The notes under the pieces were generated by a model, which worked only from the letters and a program-made list of their open reading frames with translations, searched no databases and was not told the DNA's origin. 64,000 nucleotides of DNA from Flavobacteriales bacterium (lineage in GTDB: Bacteria; Bacteroidota; Bacteroidia; Flavobacteriales_C; GCA-002722245), in NCBI GenBank assembly GCA_002722245.1, contig PBLA01000001.1, positions 22,292-86,291 of the forward strand. Reading direction: 5' to 3'. Shown one piece after another: positions 29,142-40,840 of this stretch (position 1 is its first letter; every line of letters starts with the position of its first letter). Both the position numbers and the translations under genes were made by a program.

Positions 29142-30152
29142 ATGTCAGGAAGTAATTTTATAGATTACGTTAAGATTAATTGTAAGTCTGGTAATGGTGG
29201 TGCGGGTTCAAGCCATCTTTTTAGGGATAAGTTAACCTCAATGGGTGGCCCTGATGGCGGAGATGGGGGAAGAGGAGGTCACATTATTATCCGAGGAAAT
29301 GCGCAGCACTGGACATTACTGCACTTAAAATATAGAAAGCATATTAAAGCCACTCATGGGGAAGCGGGAGGAAAAAGTACAAGTACGGGTGCAGAGGGTG
29401 AGGATGTGTATTTGGATGTTCCAATAGGAACAATTGCTAAAAACGCTGAGACAGGCGAGGAAATTGGTGAGATTTTAGAGGACGGGCAAGAGCTTATTCT
29501 AGTAGAGGGAGGAAAAGGCGGATTAGGAAATGCGCATTTTAAAAATGCAGTTCGCCAAACGCCACGATATGCTCAAAAAGGATTACCAGGCGAGGAGCAA
29601 TGGGTAATTCTTGAGTTAAAAGTTTTAGCCGATGTAGGTTTAGTAGGTTTTCCAAATGCAGGTAAGTCCACATTGCTTTCCGTAGTTAGTGCAGCTAAAC
29701 CAGAGATTGCTAATTATCCATTTACCACGTTAGTTCCTAATCTTGGTATAGTAGGGCATAGAAATGATCAGTCTTTTATAATGGCTGATATTCCAGGGAT
29801 TATTGAGGGGGCCTCAGAGGGTAAAGGGATTGGGTTGCGTTTTTTAAGACACATTGAACGAAATTCAATTCTACTTTTTCTGATTCCTGCTGATGCAGAT
29901 GATATTGTAAAGGAATATGAAATCCTTTTGAATGAACTTGAAAAATATAATCCTGATTTGTTAGAAAAAAATCGGTTGCTAGCGATTTCAAAATGTGATA
30001 TGCTTGATGACGAATTACAGGAAGAAATAGCAAAGACGTTGCCGATAGATGTGCAAACTCTTTTTATTTCTGCTGTCGCACAAAAGGGTATTCAAGCCTT
30101 GAAAGATGCTCTTTGGGATAAAATTAGTAATGATCCTTTTGCTGAGGGATAA
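29142..30152 (+). CDS. obg: GTPase Obg
   Basis: Obg fold '[14 protein letters not shown]...[12 protein letters not shown]'. G-domain '[11 protein letters not shown]', 'DIPGIIEGA', 'SKCD'. Start set at '[10 protein letters not shown]'. Confidence 0.93.
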   Translation: MSGSNFIDYVKINCKSGNGGAGSSHLFRDKLTSMGGPDGGDGGRGGHIIIRGNAQHWTLLHLKYRKHIKATHGEAGGKSTSTGAEGEDVYLDVPIGTIAKNAETGEEIGEILEDGQELILVEGGKGGLGNAHFKNAVRQTPRYAQKGLPGEEQWVILELKVLADVGLVGFPNAGKSTLLSVVSAAKPEIANYPFTTLVPNLGIVGHRNDQSFIMADIPGIIEGASEGKGIGLRFLRHIERNSILLFLIPADADDIVKEYEILLNELEKYNPDLLEKNRLLAISKCDMLDDELQEEIAKTLPIDVQTLFISAVAQKGIQALKDALWDKISNDPFAEG

Positions 30153-30157
30153 TTTGA

Positions 30158-30733
30158 ATGATTGATTTACTTCTACATATTGATCATGATTTATTCACAT
30201 TTTTAAATGGATTGCATTCGGCCTGGATGGATCCTATTCAGTACTGGATCAGTAATAAATTTATTTGGATTCCTTTTTATGCTTTTTTGTTGTTTCTTCT
30301 TTTTAAACACTATAAAAAAAGAGCTGTTTTAGCCGTTGTTTTTATTGTTTCGCTGATTACTTCAACGGATCAGTTGTCAGGTTTTTCTAAACGGTATGCT
30401 GGTAGATACCGGCCGTGCAGAGAGGAGTCATGGCATCGTCCTCGGCCACATCTTGTGGATAATCACTGCGGAGGAGCTTACGGCTTTTTTAGTGCGCATG
30501 CCTCTAGTGCATTTGGGCTAGCTGTATTTGTGGGTACGCTTCTCATGCCTGTGTTTAACCATGCGCGAAAGTATATGTTGTTTTGGGCGGCAATCGTAGC
30601 TTATAGTAGAGTGTATCTAGGTGTACATTATCCCTCTGATATTTTTGTTGGAGCCTTAGTTGGCTTGTTTTTAGGATTTCTTTTTACAGCGCTCTTTAAA
30701 TGGCTCAGTCAAGTGGAGTTTAGTTCAAAATAG
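30158..30733 (+). CDS. PAP2-family phosphatase (membrane)
   Basis: PAP2 motifs 'KRYAGRYRP', 'FFSAHAS', 'SRVYLGVHYPSD'. Confidence 0.85.
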   Translation: MIDLLLHIDHDLFTFLNGLHSAWMDPIQYWISNKFIWIPFYAFLLFLLFKHYKKRAVLAVVFIVSLITSTDQLSGFSKRYAGRYRPCREESWHRPRPHLVDNHCGGAYGFFSAHASSAFGLAVFVGTLLMPVFNHARKYMLFWAAIVAYSRVYLGVHYPSDIFVGALVGLFLGFLFTALFKWLSQVEFSSK

Positions 30734-32231
30734 CTTTTCTTGAAAAGTCTGATTTATTTTTTACCCAAGATTTAATGAACTCTTTTTTCATATCATTTTC
30801 TGAGTTTTCTATTTCTTCGAGTCTGTTGTGTAATTGTTTAAATTGAATCTTTTGAAGAGTGTCATCACCGAAACATATAAGTAGTTTGTGAAACGTTTTA
30901 GAGAGTTCTTTTAAAATATCATTGCTAGCATCACATTTTTGAAGGGCGCGTTCAAGGTTTTTTGATGAAGATTCAAACAATTCGAAATTTTTAGATTCTA
31001 GATAAACAATGGTCGTAAGTAGTTTTTTAGAATGAATCATATTTTGATAATCCAAATTGTCTGACTTAAGAATGATGTTCTTTAAACTGCCTAAAACACC
31101 TTTGTTTCTTCCACATCTTAATTGAGCCCAAGCTAAATTAATGAGCAGAGTATTGTGAAGACTTGTGCCTAATTTTGTTCTTTTATTTAGCACAAAATCC
31201 TCAACTTTTTTAACCTGTAAAAAGATTTTGTTCAAGTCGTTTTGAATTAAGTAAAACTCCTGTTCTATATTCAAAAAGTATCCGTAATCGCTGTTTTTAC
31301 TATAATAAGTAATGGTGTTGTCATTGAAAAAAATATTACTTTTTTCTAAAAACAATGCTATTTCATTGTTTTTATTCTGATTCTTTAAGTAGTTTATTTT
31401 AAAGAATAATGCATGGATGTATTTTGTTGGCAGGAGCTTTATTTGTAATTCATTAGAGTGAAATAATAATAGGATTTTATCCACAAATTTCTCTGCTTCA
31501 ACAAGATTATTAGTTAGCTCATAGTAGTTTCTTAATGAATTGTAATACAGTAGTTTATTGTGTTTTAACTCTATTTTCTCTTTAGGCTGTGTAATGTCTT
31601 TTAAACGAAGGTTGTTTTGAGGTTCAACAATACCGGAAGATGCTTGCTTATTGTTTGAGATGGCAAGCATATCCAGATTGTTGTTGTAAATTTCGTTATT
31701 GAGTTGAATTGCTTTGCTCAGCTTTGCTTGGTCATGTTTAAAAGCTGATAATTCATCCCAATTCGGAAATTCATTCATTTTTGCTAAACAATGCAGTTTT
31801 AACCTTTTAATTTCTTGTGTTGAACCCAATAACCCAATCTCATTTGACAGTTCTTCTGCTTTCTTTAGCTTTCTTAAGGCTTGATGATATAAGCCTTTGT
31901 TTTGAAGAATTTCAACAGCGTCTATAATTCTTCTTACTCGTACGGAAGGAAGTGTATCAGCGTTATAAAATGTTAAACTTTTCACAACCAATTCGTACAA
32001 ATATTTTTTTAAGGAAGGATATCTCTTTTCTATTGGAGTTCCTTTAAATTTTTCTTTAATGGCTTCCTCATTGAATACTTCTTGCTTATCAATTTCTTCA
32101 AATAAACGGATATAATCATTTTTCTTGCTAGGCGTTTGTTGTTTGGCCAATAATTTAAAATATCTTTTTTCCGTTTGAGAAAGGTTTTTAATGAGTTCGT
32201 GTAGGTAATTTTGAACTTTAGGTTTTGTCAT
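30720..32231 (-). CDS. hypothetical all-helical repeat (TPR-like) protein
   Basis: 503 aa with helical-repeat character and no recognised motif. ATG 32231 chosen because the TTG at 32261 lies inside a -7 box. Confidence 0.55.
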   Translation of the reverse strand: MTKPKVQNYLHELIKNLSQTEKRYFKLLAKQQTPSKKNDYIRLFEEIDKQEVFNEEAIKEKFKGTPIEKRYPSLKKYLYELVVKSLTFYNADTLPSVRVRRIIDAVEILQNKGLYHQALRKLKKAEELSNEIGLLGSTQEIKRLKLHCLAKMNEFPNWDELSAFKHDQAKLSKAIQLNNEIYNNNLDMLAISNNKQASSGIVEPQNNLRLKDITQPKEKIELKHNKLLYYNSLRNYYELTNNLVEAEKFVDKILLLFHSNELQIKLLPTKYIHALFFKINYLKNQNKNNEIALFLEKSNIFFNDNTITYYSKNSDYGYFLNIEQEFYLIQNDLNKIFLQVKKVEDFVLNKRTKLGTSLHNTLLINLAWAQLRCGRNKGVLGSLKNIILKSDNLDYQNMIHSKKLLTTIVYLESKNFELFESSSKNLERALQKCDASNDILKELSKTFHKLLICFGDDTLQKIQFKQLHNRLEEIENSENDMKKEFIKSWVKNKSDFSRKAILN

Positions 32232-32258
32232 TAAAGAATAGTTAGGGGCGAGTAGCTT

Positions 32259-32266
32259 CAAAAGTA
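32259..32266 (-). promoter_or_regulatory. -7 promoter box TACTTTTG (minus strand)
   Basis: Plus-strand caaaagta. 27 nt upstream of ATG 32231. Confidence 0.45.
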
Positions 32267-32471
32267 AAGGAATCTCCTAATGAACTCATTCTTACTTTTT
32301 GTAAAACTTACGCGTTAAAGAACGATTAATGGTTGTTTAAACCATTGTAAATATTTATTAATTAAGTTTTTTAATGTTTCTTGTTTAGGGTGCCGTAAAG
32401 GGTCGTTTAATGAAAAAATTGAGGTTTGTAAGTGACAGGATTTTGTGAATAAATACCCCTCTAATCCTTAA

Positions 32472-33998
<1,527 letters not shown>

Positions 33999-34016
33999 TA
34001 ATTTAATTATTTCGAA

Positions 34017-35981
34017 ATGAGATTTCAAAAACTACTTATTATAGCAGCTTTATTTGGAAGTACTTTTGTGAGTGCTCAATCCAAAAAAATTAACCCTCAA
34101 TTAGAGGATGAATGGTTGATAGCGATAAATGGTGATACCATCACAGCTGGTGATTTTTGGTATGCTTTTGTGAAAAATGCCGATGAGGAAAAGCCCATAA
34201 ATCTTGATTCATTAAAGAAATACAAAAAACTTTATGACAAATTTCTACTTAAGGTTACTGAAGCGAAATCATTAGGATATGATACCACGCCAAAGTTTTT
34301 AAAGGAATTTAAAGGGTATAAAAATCAGTTGGCCGAGTCTTATTTGAAAGATAAATCGGTAACGGACAAATTAATACAAGAGGCATTTGATCGATCAAGA
34401 ATTGATGTTGAAGCCAGTCATATTTTGGTTAAGGTTCCTTACGATGCTATGCCTGAGGATACACTTAAGGCATTTGAAAAAGCATTAAGCATCATGAATA
34501 AGGCTAATAATGGAGTAGATTTTACCCTTTTAGCAAAAAAGTATTCTGATGATAATGGTGGTAAAAATGGCGGTTACCTTGGTTATTTTTCAGTTTTAAG
34601 AATGGTTTATCCCTTTGAAAATATGGCTTACAACACAAAACCGGGTGAAATTAGTAAGCCGTTTAGATCGCGTTTTGGATATCATATCATAAAGGTTCAT
34701 TCTAATCGAAAAGCGGTAGGTGAGGTAAAGGTGGCTCATATTATGACAATTGCCAAAGAGGGAATGGATCCGAAAAAATTAGTAGATGCTGAAAAAAATA
34801 TTAGAGAGATTTATGAAATGGTTAAAGAAGGTAAAAATTTCGCCGAATTAGCGCGTAAATTCTCAGAGGATTTAAACACATCAAATAGAGGAGGAGAATT
34901 ACCTTGGTTTGGACCGAATAAATTTTTACCTGAGTTTGAAAATGCAGCATTTAGTTTAGCGAATAATGGGGATGTATCCGAACCTGTTAAAACACCTTAT
35001 GGTTGGCACATTATTAAACGCATTGATCGTAAAGAATTATCGTCTTATGATGATATGAAAAATGAACTTCGAAATAAAGTGTCGCGATCCGATAGAGCTG
35101 CCTTAAGTAAAACTGTTGTGATCAATAGGATTAAAAAGGAGTATGAATTTATCGAGTATCGATCTGGAATTGATAATTTTTACACATTCTGTGACACCAC
35201 GTTAATTACAGCAAAATGGAAAGCTCCAGCAGATAAAGAACTTACTGATAAAATGTTTGATTTTGCGGGCGTTACGTATACTCAAAAGGAATTTGCTGAG
35301 TATTTAGCCCAAACCTTGGTTCCTAAAAAAGGAGGGAGCTTTCAAAGAATTGTGCAATATTCATATGAAAATTGGATGACTGATATTATTGAAAGTCATG
35401 AAAAAAGTTTGTTGACTACAAAATACCCAGATTATGGTCGTCTCTTAAGAGAATATAAAGATGGAATTATTTTGTTTGATTTAACAAGTGAAAAGGTATG
35501 GAATAAATCTGTTGTTGATACCGCAGGGTTAAGAGCTTTTCATAACGATATAAAGGATCAATGGCAGTGGAATGAACGTATGGATGGTGTTGTATATAAG
35601 TGTATTGATGAGGCAACAGCAGTAGCAGTAAGGAAATTACTTAAAAAAGGACGAGGTGATGATGTGATTTTGGAGAATATAAATGTGGATTCTAAGCTTA
35701 ATGTAAGAGTAGAGGCAGGAGTTTATGAAGCGAAGTCACGCCCTGAGCTCAATGGATTGAAGTTTAAAAAAGGTGTTTCAAAAGTGTTGAATCAGAATGG
35801 TAATTTTATTGTTTTGAAGGTTGATAAAGTGTTACCAGTTGAATCAAAATCATTGAGTGAGGTAAAAGGAATGGTTACTGCTAAATACCAGGATTATCTA
35901 ATGGATGTTTGGCTAAAGGAGTTGAGAGAAAAATATGAGATTGTATATAACGATGATGTGTTTAAGCAATTAGCTCCTTGA
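34017..35981 (+). CDS. peptidylprolyl isomerase (two parvulin/PpiC domains, SurA-like periplasmic chaperone)
   Basis: Signal peptide, then two parvulin cores: 'VEASHILV...GGYLGYF...FGYHIIKV' and 'VKVAHIM...GGELPWFG...YGWHIIKR'. Confidence 0.85.
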   Translation: MRFQKLLIIAALFGSTFVSAQSKKINPQLEDEWLIAINGDTITAGDFWYAFVKNADEEKPINLDSLKKYKKLYDKFLLKVTEAKSLGYDTTPKFLKEFKGYKNQLAESYLKDKSVTDKLIQEAFDRSRIDVEASHILVKVPYDAMPEDTLKAFEKALSIMNKANNGVDFTLLAKKYSDDNGGKNGGYLGYFSVLRMVYPFENMAYNTKPGEISKPFRSRFGYHIIKVHSNRKAVGEVKVAHIMTIAKEGMDPKKLVDAEKNIREIYEMVKEGKNFAELARKFSEDLNTSNRGGELPWFGPNKFLPEFENAAFSLANNGDVSEPVKTPYGWHIIKRIDRKELSSYDDMKNELRNKVSRSDRAALSKTVVINRIKKEYEFIEYRSGIDNFYTFCDTTLITAKWKAPADKELTDKMFDFAGVTYTQKEFAEYLAQTLVPKKGGSFQRIVQYSYENWMTDIIESHEKSLLTTKYPDYGRLLREYKDGIILFDLTSEKVWNKSVVDTAGLRAFHNDIKDQWQWNERMDGVVYKCIDEATAVAVRKLLKKGRGDDVILENINVDSKLNVRVEAGVYEAKSRPELNGLKFKKGVSKVLNQNGNFIVLKVDKVLPVESKSLSEVKGMVTAKYQDYLMDVWLKELREKYEIVYNDDVFKQLAP

Positions 35982-36877
35982 TGATGAATTATAAAAACTA
36001 TAAATGCTTCAAGGCTACCCTTAAAAGGTGGCCTTTTATGCTTATTATGGTTTTAGTTTTAACAAATTGTAGTGAACGTAAAGGAATTGGAAAATCTAAA
36101 GGTGAACTTATTGCAGAAGTTGGAGAACACCGGTTAACTGCCGACGAATTGGTGAAAGTGTTTGGAGATCAATGGCGTCAAAAGCATGAAAAGGTTAAGG
36201 ACTTTGTTAGAATTTGGGTAAAAGATAAAGTGGTAGGGGTTGTGGCTGAAAAGCAACTTGCTGAAGAAGATAAAGATTTTAAGGAAGAAATTATTGCTTA
36301 CAAAAACTCTTTGCTGAAGTATACATTTGAACAAAAAATGTTGGACTCTGCATTATCCTTAGTTGTAGATGAACAGGAGATTGCGGAATATTTACAAAAG
36401 AACAAAAAGAACTTTCAGTTGAAAGAAAATATTGTTCGAGTGCGGTACGTTAAAGTCCCCAAAAAGCATAAAAAACTTAACCAGCTTCGATATATGATTC
36501 AATATAAAGATTCGTTAAGGAAAGAAAAGTTTTTTGATTTAATTCAAAAAGAAAATATTTTTTGTGAAGCAAACGATAGTGTATGGCATAAGCTTGATGA
36601 CTTAAAGAATTTAATTCCATTTAAATTATATAATGATGAGCATTTTTTAAGACATTATAATTACACCGAAGCACCTGATGGAGATTTTATTTGGGTTATA
36701 TATTTTTCGGAAAATCGTTTAAAGAAAGGGGTTTCTCCATTGGAAATGGTGAGGGATCAAATTCAAGCAATTATTATTAACAGGCGAAAACAAAAGCTCA
36801 TCCAAGAGTTTGAAAAATCACTTTACCTTGATGCATTAAAAAACAAGGATATTAAAATATATGCAGATTATGAATAA
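35978..36877 (+). CDS. hypothetical lipoprotein (SurA-N-like chaperone-associated)
   Basis: Lipobox 'LVLTNC'. ATGA overlap with the upstream PPIase gene. No parvulin core present. Confidence 0.5.
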   Translation: MMMNYKNYKCFKATLKRWPFMLIMVLVLTNCSERKGIGKSKGELIAEVGEHRLTADELVKVFGDQWRQKHEKVKDFVRIWVKDKVVGVVAEKQLAEEDKDFKEEIIAYKNSLLKYTFEQKMLDSALSLVVDEQEIAEYLQKNKKNFQLKENIVRVRYVKVPKKHKKLNQLRYMIQYKDSLRKEKFFDLIQKENIFCEANDSVWHKLDDLKNLIPFKLYNDEHFLRHYNYTEAPDGDFIWVIYFSENRLKKGVSPLEMVRDQIQAIIINRRKQKLIQEFEKSLYLDALKNKDIKIYADYE

Positions 36878-38237
36878 CTATAGATGCTTGATGCTGTGTT
36901 GCTTCTTGTCAATTATGGCTGCAGCCCAAAAAGATCCAATCTTAATTGATGAAGTTTCTGCAGTAATTGGAAAAAATGCCATTTTCAAAAGCGAGATTAT
37001 GAGTTCTGCCGAACAATTAAAAATGCAGGGCGCTCCGAATGATTTATCTACTGAGTGTTATGTATTACAAGAACGACTTTTTGAAAAGTTGTTGGTCCAC
37101 AAAGCGGAGGTAGATAGTATTGAAGTTTCGGATAGTGAAATTGACGATGCGATAGATCGAAGAATGAGTTATATGCTCATGCGTTTAGGAGGCTCTGAAA
37201 TTGAATTTCAAAAATTTTACGGGAAGAGCGTGTTGCAATTTAAGAAAGAAATCAGGGGGACAGTAGCAGATAATATCTTGGCTCAAAAAGTTCGTTCAAA
37301 CATTACTAGAGATGTTTCGGTAAGCCCTACTGATGTAAAAAACTATTTTTCTTCGATACCTAAAGATTCGTTGCCTGTTGTTCCAGAGTCTTACAAAATA
37401 GCTCAATTAGTGATTAAGGCTAAGCCAAATAAAACAGAAAAAGAACGAGTTCGGAAAAAATTAGAAGATGTACGAAAACGTATACTGAATGGTTCTGATT
37501 TTGATTTGATGGCTCGAATCTATTCAAAGGATCCAGGATCTAGAGAGAGAGGTGGAGACTTGGGGTTTTTATCACGAAATCAATTAGTTCCTGAATTTAG
37601 TGCGGTGGCATTTAAACTTCAGGTTGGAGAGGTGTCTGAAATTGTTGAATCTCCTTTTGGTTTCCATTTAATTCAAATGTTGGAGAAAAAAGGAAATCTT
37701 ATTCATGCACGTCATATACTAATGATACCTGAAATTTATCCTACTGATATGAATATTGCAAAACAAAGAGCGGATAGTATTAAGTCGGTGATTAAATCTG
37801 GTGTCAATTTTAATAAACTCGCATCTGATTTGAGCGATGATGAACAATCAAAAATTAACGGAGGTGTTGTTAGAAACAATCAAACTGGAGGGAATTATTT
37901 TGAGGTAGAAGAATTAGAGCAAAGTTTGTATTTAAAGCTTCAGTCAATGAATGAGGGTGAGATAACAGAACCGGAGGTATTCAATATGATTGATAATTCA
38001 ATGGCGTATAGAATCATTTATTTGATGGATAAACTTGATTTTCACGTGGCAAATATTCAATCGGATTATGATAGAATTAAATCTGCAGCTTTATCTGCTA
38101 AACAAGAGCTTGAAGTGAAAAAATGGATTAATTCTCATTTAGAAGGAACGTTTATTAAATTACCCGAAAATTATAGAGGATGCCCGATTCTTAGCGTATG
38201 GTATGCAAATGAAACTAAACCTCTTGTAAAAAAATAA
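36861..38237 (+). CDS. peptidylprolyl isomerase, SurA-like
   Basis: Signal peptide, SurA-N-like region, parvulin core 'IAQLVIKA...GGDLGFLSRNQLVPEF...FGFHLIQM', and a second degenerate 'ARHILM' domain. Confidence 0.8.
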   Translation: MQIMNNYRCLMLCCFLSIMAAAQKDPILIDEVSAVIGKNAIFKSEIMSSAEQLKMQGAPNDLSTECYVLQERLFEKLLVHKAEVDSIEVSDSEIDDAIDRRMSYMLMRLGGSEIEFQKFYGKSVLQFKKEIRGTVADNILAQKVRSNITRDVSVSPTDVKNYFSSIPKDSLPVVPESYKIAQLVIKAKPNKTEKERVRKKLEDVRKRILNGSDFDLMARIYSKDPGSRERGGDLGFLSRNQLVPEFSAVAFKLQVGEVSEIVESPFGFHLIQMLEKKGNLIHARHILMIPEIYPTDMNIAKQRADSIKSVIKSGVNFNKLASDLSDDEQSKINGGVVRNNQTGGNYFEVEELEQSLYLKLQSMNEGEITEPEVFNMIDNSMAYRIIYLMDKLDFHVANIQSDYDRIKSAALSAKQELEVKKWINSHLEGTFIKLPENYRGCPILSVWYANETKPLVKK

Positions 38238-38239
38238 TT

Positions 38240-39208
38240 ATGTTGAATACGTTTGAGTCAGATGTAAAAGGTATTGATGCACTTGCTAAAGCATCAAGAA
38301 AGCTTGAAGATGAAATTTCAAAGGTCATTGTAGGGCAAAAGGATGTAGTGAAATCTATTATCATTTCCATTTTTTCTAATGGACATTCCTTACTAGTAGG
38401 GGTGCCTGGATTAGCAAAAACATTGTTAGTAAATACAATATCTCAAGCTCTTGGGTTGGAGTTTAATCGTATTCAATTTACACCTGATTTAATGCCAAGT
38501 GATATTATTGGCGCTGAGATATTAGGTGAAGATCGAAGCTTTAAATTTGTAAAAGGCCCCGTTTTTACTAATGTTTTATTAGCTGATGAGATTAATAGAA
38601 CGCCGCCAAAAACACAAGCAGCTTTATTGGAAGCGATGCAAGAAAAAAGAGTAACCATTGCTGGTAAAAGCATAGAGTTACCCACTCCCTTTTTTGTGTT
38701 GGCTACACAAAATCCAATTGATCAGGAAGGAACATATCCACTGCCTGAAGCACAGCTCGATCGTTTTATGTTTAATATATGGGTGGATTACCCATCAATA
38801 GAGGAGGAGGTGCAAGTGGTGAAGTCTACAACTTCAAACACCTCTGTTTCTGTATCACCAGTTTTGTCAGCTGATCAAATCTTAGCGTTTCAGGAATTAA
38901 TTCGAAAAATGCCTGTTGCAGACAATGTGTTAGAATATGCCGTTAAATTAGCTGTTAAAACAAGAAAAGAGTCTGAAATAGCCCCAGAGAATACGAAACT
39001 ATATTTAAGCTGGGGAGCAGGTCCTAGAGCTTCACAATATTTAGTGTTAGGAGCAAAAACACATGCTGCTTTAAATGGTAAATACTCGCCTGATATTGAG
39101 GACGTTCAAGCTGTAGCTCATCCTATATTAAGGCATAGGGTAATGAGAAATTATAAGGCCGAAGCAGATGGTGTTTCATTAAAGCAAATCATTGACTCAT
39201 TACTCTGA
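38240..39208 (+). CDS. MoxR-family AAA+ ATPase
   Basis: 'GHSLLVGVPGLAKT' Walker A, 'LLADEINR' Walker B, 'ATQNPIDQEGTYPLPEAQLDRF'. Confidence 0.9.
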   Translation: MLNTFESDVKGIDALAKASRKLEDEISKVIVGQKDVVKSIIISIFSNGHSLLVGVPGLAKTLLVNTISQALGLEFNRIQFTPDLMPSDIIGAEILGEDRSFKFVKGPVFTNVLLADEINRTPPKTQAALLEAMQEKRVTIAGKSIELPTPFFVLATQNPIDQEGTYPLPEAQLDRFMFNIWVDYPSIEEEVQVVKSTTSNTSVSVSPVLSADQILAFQELIRKMPVADNVLEYAVKLAVKTRKESEIAPENTKLYLSWGAGPRASQYLVLGAKTHAALNGKYSPDIEDVQAVAHPILRHRVMRNYKAEADGVSLKQIIDSLL

Positions 39209-39209
39209 T

Positions 39210-39863
39210 ATGTCATTACAGGTTAAAAATCTATCCGATGAACAATCGAAGCAATTAAGTTCGGGGAAGTATCTTCCTATTATGGAAGAATTTTACACAA
39301 TTCAAGGAGAAGGAAGAAAGGCTGGGAAACCTGCTTATTTTATTCGTATCGGAGGGTGTGATGTGGGATGTCATTGGTGTGATGTGAAAGAGAGTTGGGA
39401 CGCTTCATTACATCCGCTTAAAGCAGTGGATGATCTCATTCACAGATTAGAAGAAGTTCCAGCCAAGGATGTGGTTATTACAGGCGGTGAACCTACTATT
39501 TATAATTTGGATTATTTATGTGAGGTGTTGCACGCCAATGGTTATAAAACATTTTTGGAAACAAGTGGAGCGCATAAGTTTTCGGGAAGATGGAATTGGA
39601 TTTGTTTGTCTCCTAAAAAAAATCAGCCACCTAGGCCTGAGGTTTATTCATTTGCACACGAATTAAAGGTGATTGTGCATAATAAAAATGACTTTAAATG
39701 GGCGGAGCGTCATGCTGATAAAGTAAATAAGGATTGTAAACTTTACTTACAGCCCGAATGGAGTAAACTGGATGAAATGATGCCGTTAATCATTAATTAT
39801 GTCATGAAAAACCCTTCATGGAATATTAGTTTACAAACGCATAAATTCATGAAAATCCCGTGA
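39210..39863 (+). CDS. queE: 7-carboxy-7-deazaguanine synthase (radical SAM)
   Basis: 'FYTIQGEG', cluster 'GGCDVGCHWCD', 'ITGGEP'. ATG 39210 lies 1 nt after the moxR stop. Confidence 0.8.
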   Translation: MSLQVKNLSDEQSKQLSSGKYLPIMEEFYTIQGEGRKAGKPAYFIRIGGCDVGCHWCDVKESWDASLHPLKAVDDLIHRLEEVPAKDVVITGGEPTIYNLDYLCEVLHANGYKTFLETSGAHKFSGRWNWICLSPKKNQPPRPEVYSFAHELKVIVHNKNDFKWAERHADKVNKDCKLYLQPEWSKLDEMMPLIINYVMKNPSWNISLQTHKFMKIP

Positions 39864-39864
39864 T

Positions 39865-40224
39865 ATGAAACGAACTTTAATTGTTGGAGCAACAACAAAT
39901 CCAGCTCGATATGCTTATAAGGCTGCAGAAATGTTAACGGAGAGTGGTCATCCTATTGTTCCCATTGGAATAAAAAAAGGAGTTGTTTTTGGTGAAAAAA
40001 TTCAAAATAATTGGGAACAAATTCAAGGTATTGACACCGTTACTTTGTATGTTGGCCCTGCCAATCAACTTGAATATATGGATGCTATTATAGCGATCCA
40101 ACCAAAACGCGTTATCTTTAATCCAGGTACCGAAAACCCAGATTTTTATGCTAAGCTTGAATCTAATGGCATTGATTATGAGGTTGCGTGTACACTTGTT
40201 CTATTAAGAACAAACCAGTATTGA
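39865..40224 (+). CDS. CoA-binding domain protein (YccU-like)
   Basis: 119 aa. 'LIVGATTNPARYAY' and 'VIFNPGTEN' match the small CoA-binding family pattern. Confidence 0.7.
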   Translation: MKRTLIVGATTNPARYAYKAAEMLTESGHPIVPIGIKKGVVFGEKIQNNWEQIQGIDTVTLYVGPANQLEYMDAIIAIQPKRVIFNPGTENPDFYAKLESNGIDYEVACTLVLLRTNQY

Positions 40225-40264
40225 AAATAAGTTATTATCTTATTGTTTTCTACTAATGATGATA

Positions 40265-40840
40265 TTACCTGGAGCTTGATAGGTTGTTTTGTAAAGCGAT
40301 TAACTTATCAAAAACGTTAAGATCAGGTATAATAATTTTAATTGTTTTTATGTTATTGTTGTATTGAATTCGAGCAACTGTGTGTTCTCTCTCTACTGAT
40401 TGAATATGATCCCATGGAATAATTTCTGAATAAGAACCTGGAAGTTTAATTCCATTTTTATAAATTCTTATTGAATTCATAGTGCTTTGATATTTCATTC
40501 CAAAATACATTGCCAGAATCAAGGGTGCCACATAAATAAAAGGACTTTCTCGTTTAAATAAGTCCAGAAAATAGTCAATCGCATATTCCAATATAAAATA
40601 CAGTCCCAATGAAATGAATAGCGGTAGTGTATTTTTTAAAGAAACTCCCACTCTTATGGAGAAAATAATTGAATGAACGTCTTTTTTATGTAGTGTACCT
40701 ATATAGTAGCCAAAACCAATACAACATGTATTTATAAAAACTACAATGGGAAGTAGAAGCGGGAAGTCATAATGACCCAGAACATAAATGATTAAAAAAG
40801 AGAGGGTAATAGTTGCTTCAAAAATTCTATTTATCATCAA
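40265..40840 (-). CDS. hypothetical membrane protein with C-terminal soluble (PH-like?) domain
   Basis: 4 TM segments followed by about 70 soluble residues. ATGA overlap with the upstream ftsB-like gene. Confidence 0.5.
   Translation of the reverse strand: MMINRIFEATITLSFLIIYVLGHYDFPLLLPIVVFINTCCIGFGYYIGTLHKKDVHSIIFSIRVGVSLKNTLPLFISLGLYFILEYAIDYFLDLFKRESPFIYVAPLILAMYFGMKYQSTMNSIRIYKNGIKLPGSYSEIIPWDHIQSVEREHTVARIQYNNNIKTIKIIIPDLNVFDKLIALQNNLSSSR

Noticed and set aside
38240-39208. Calling the MoxR gene part of a Bat-type aerotolerance operon
   Set aside because: The defining partners (DUF58, BatA-E and VWA proteins) are absent from the flanking genes, so only the family-level call is justified.
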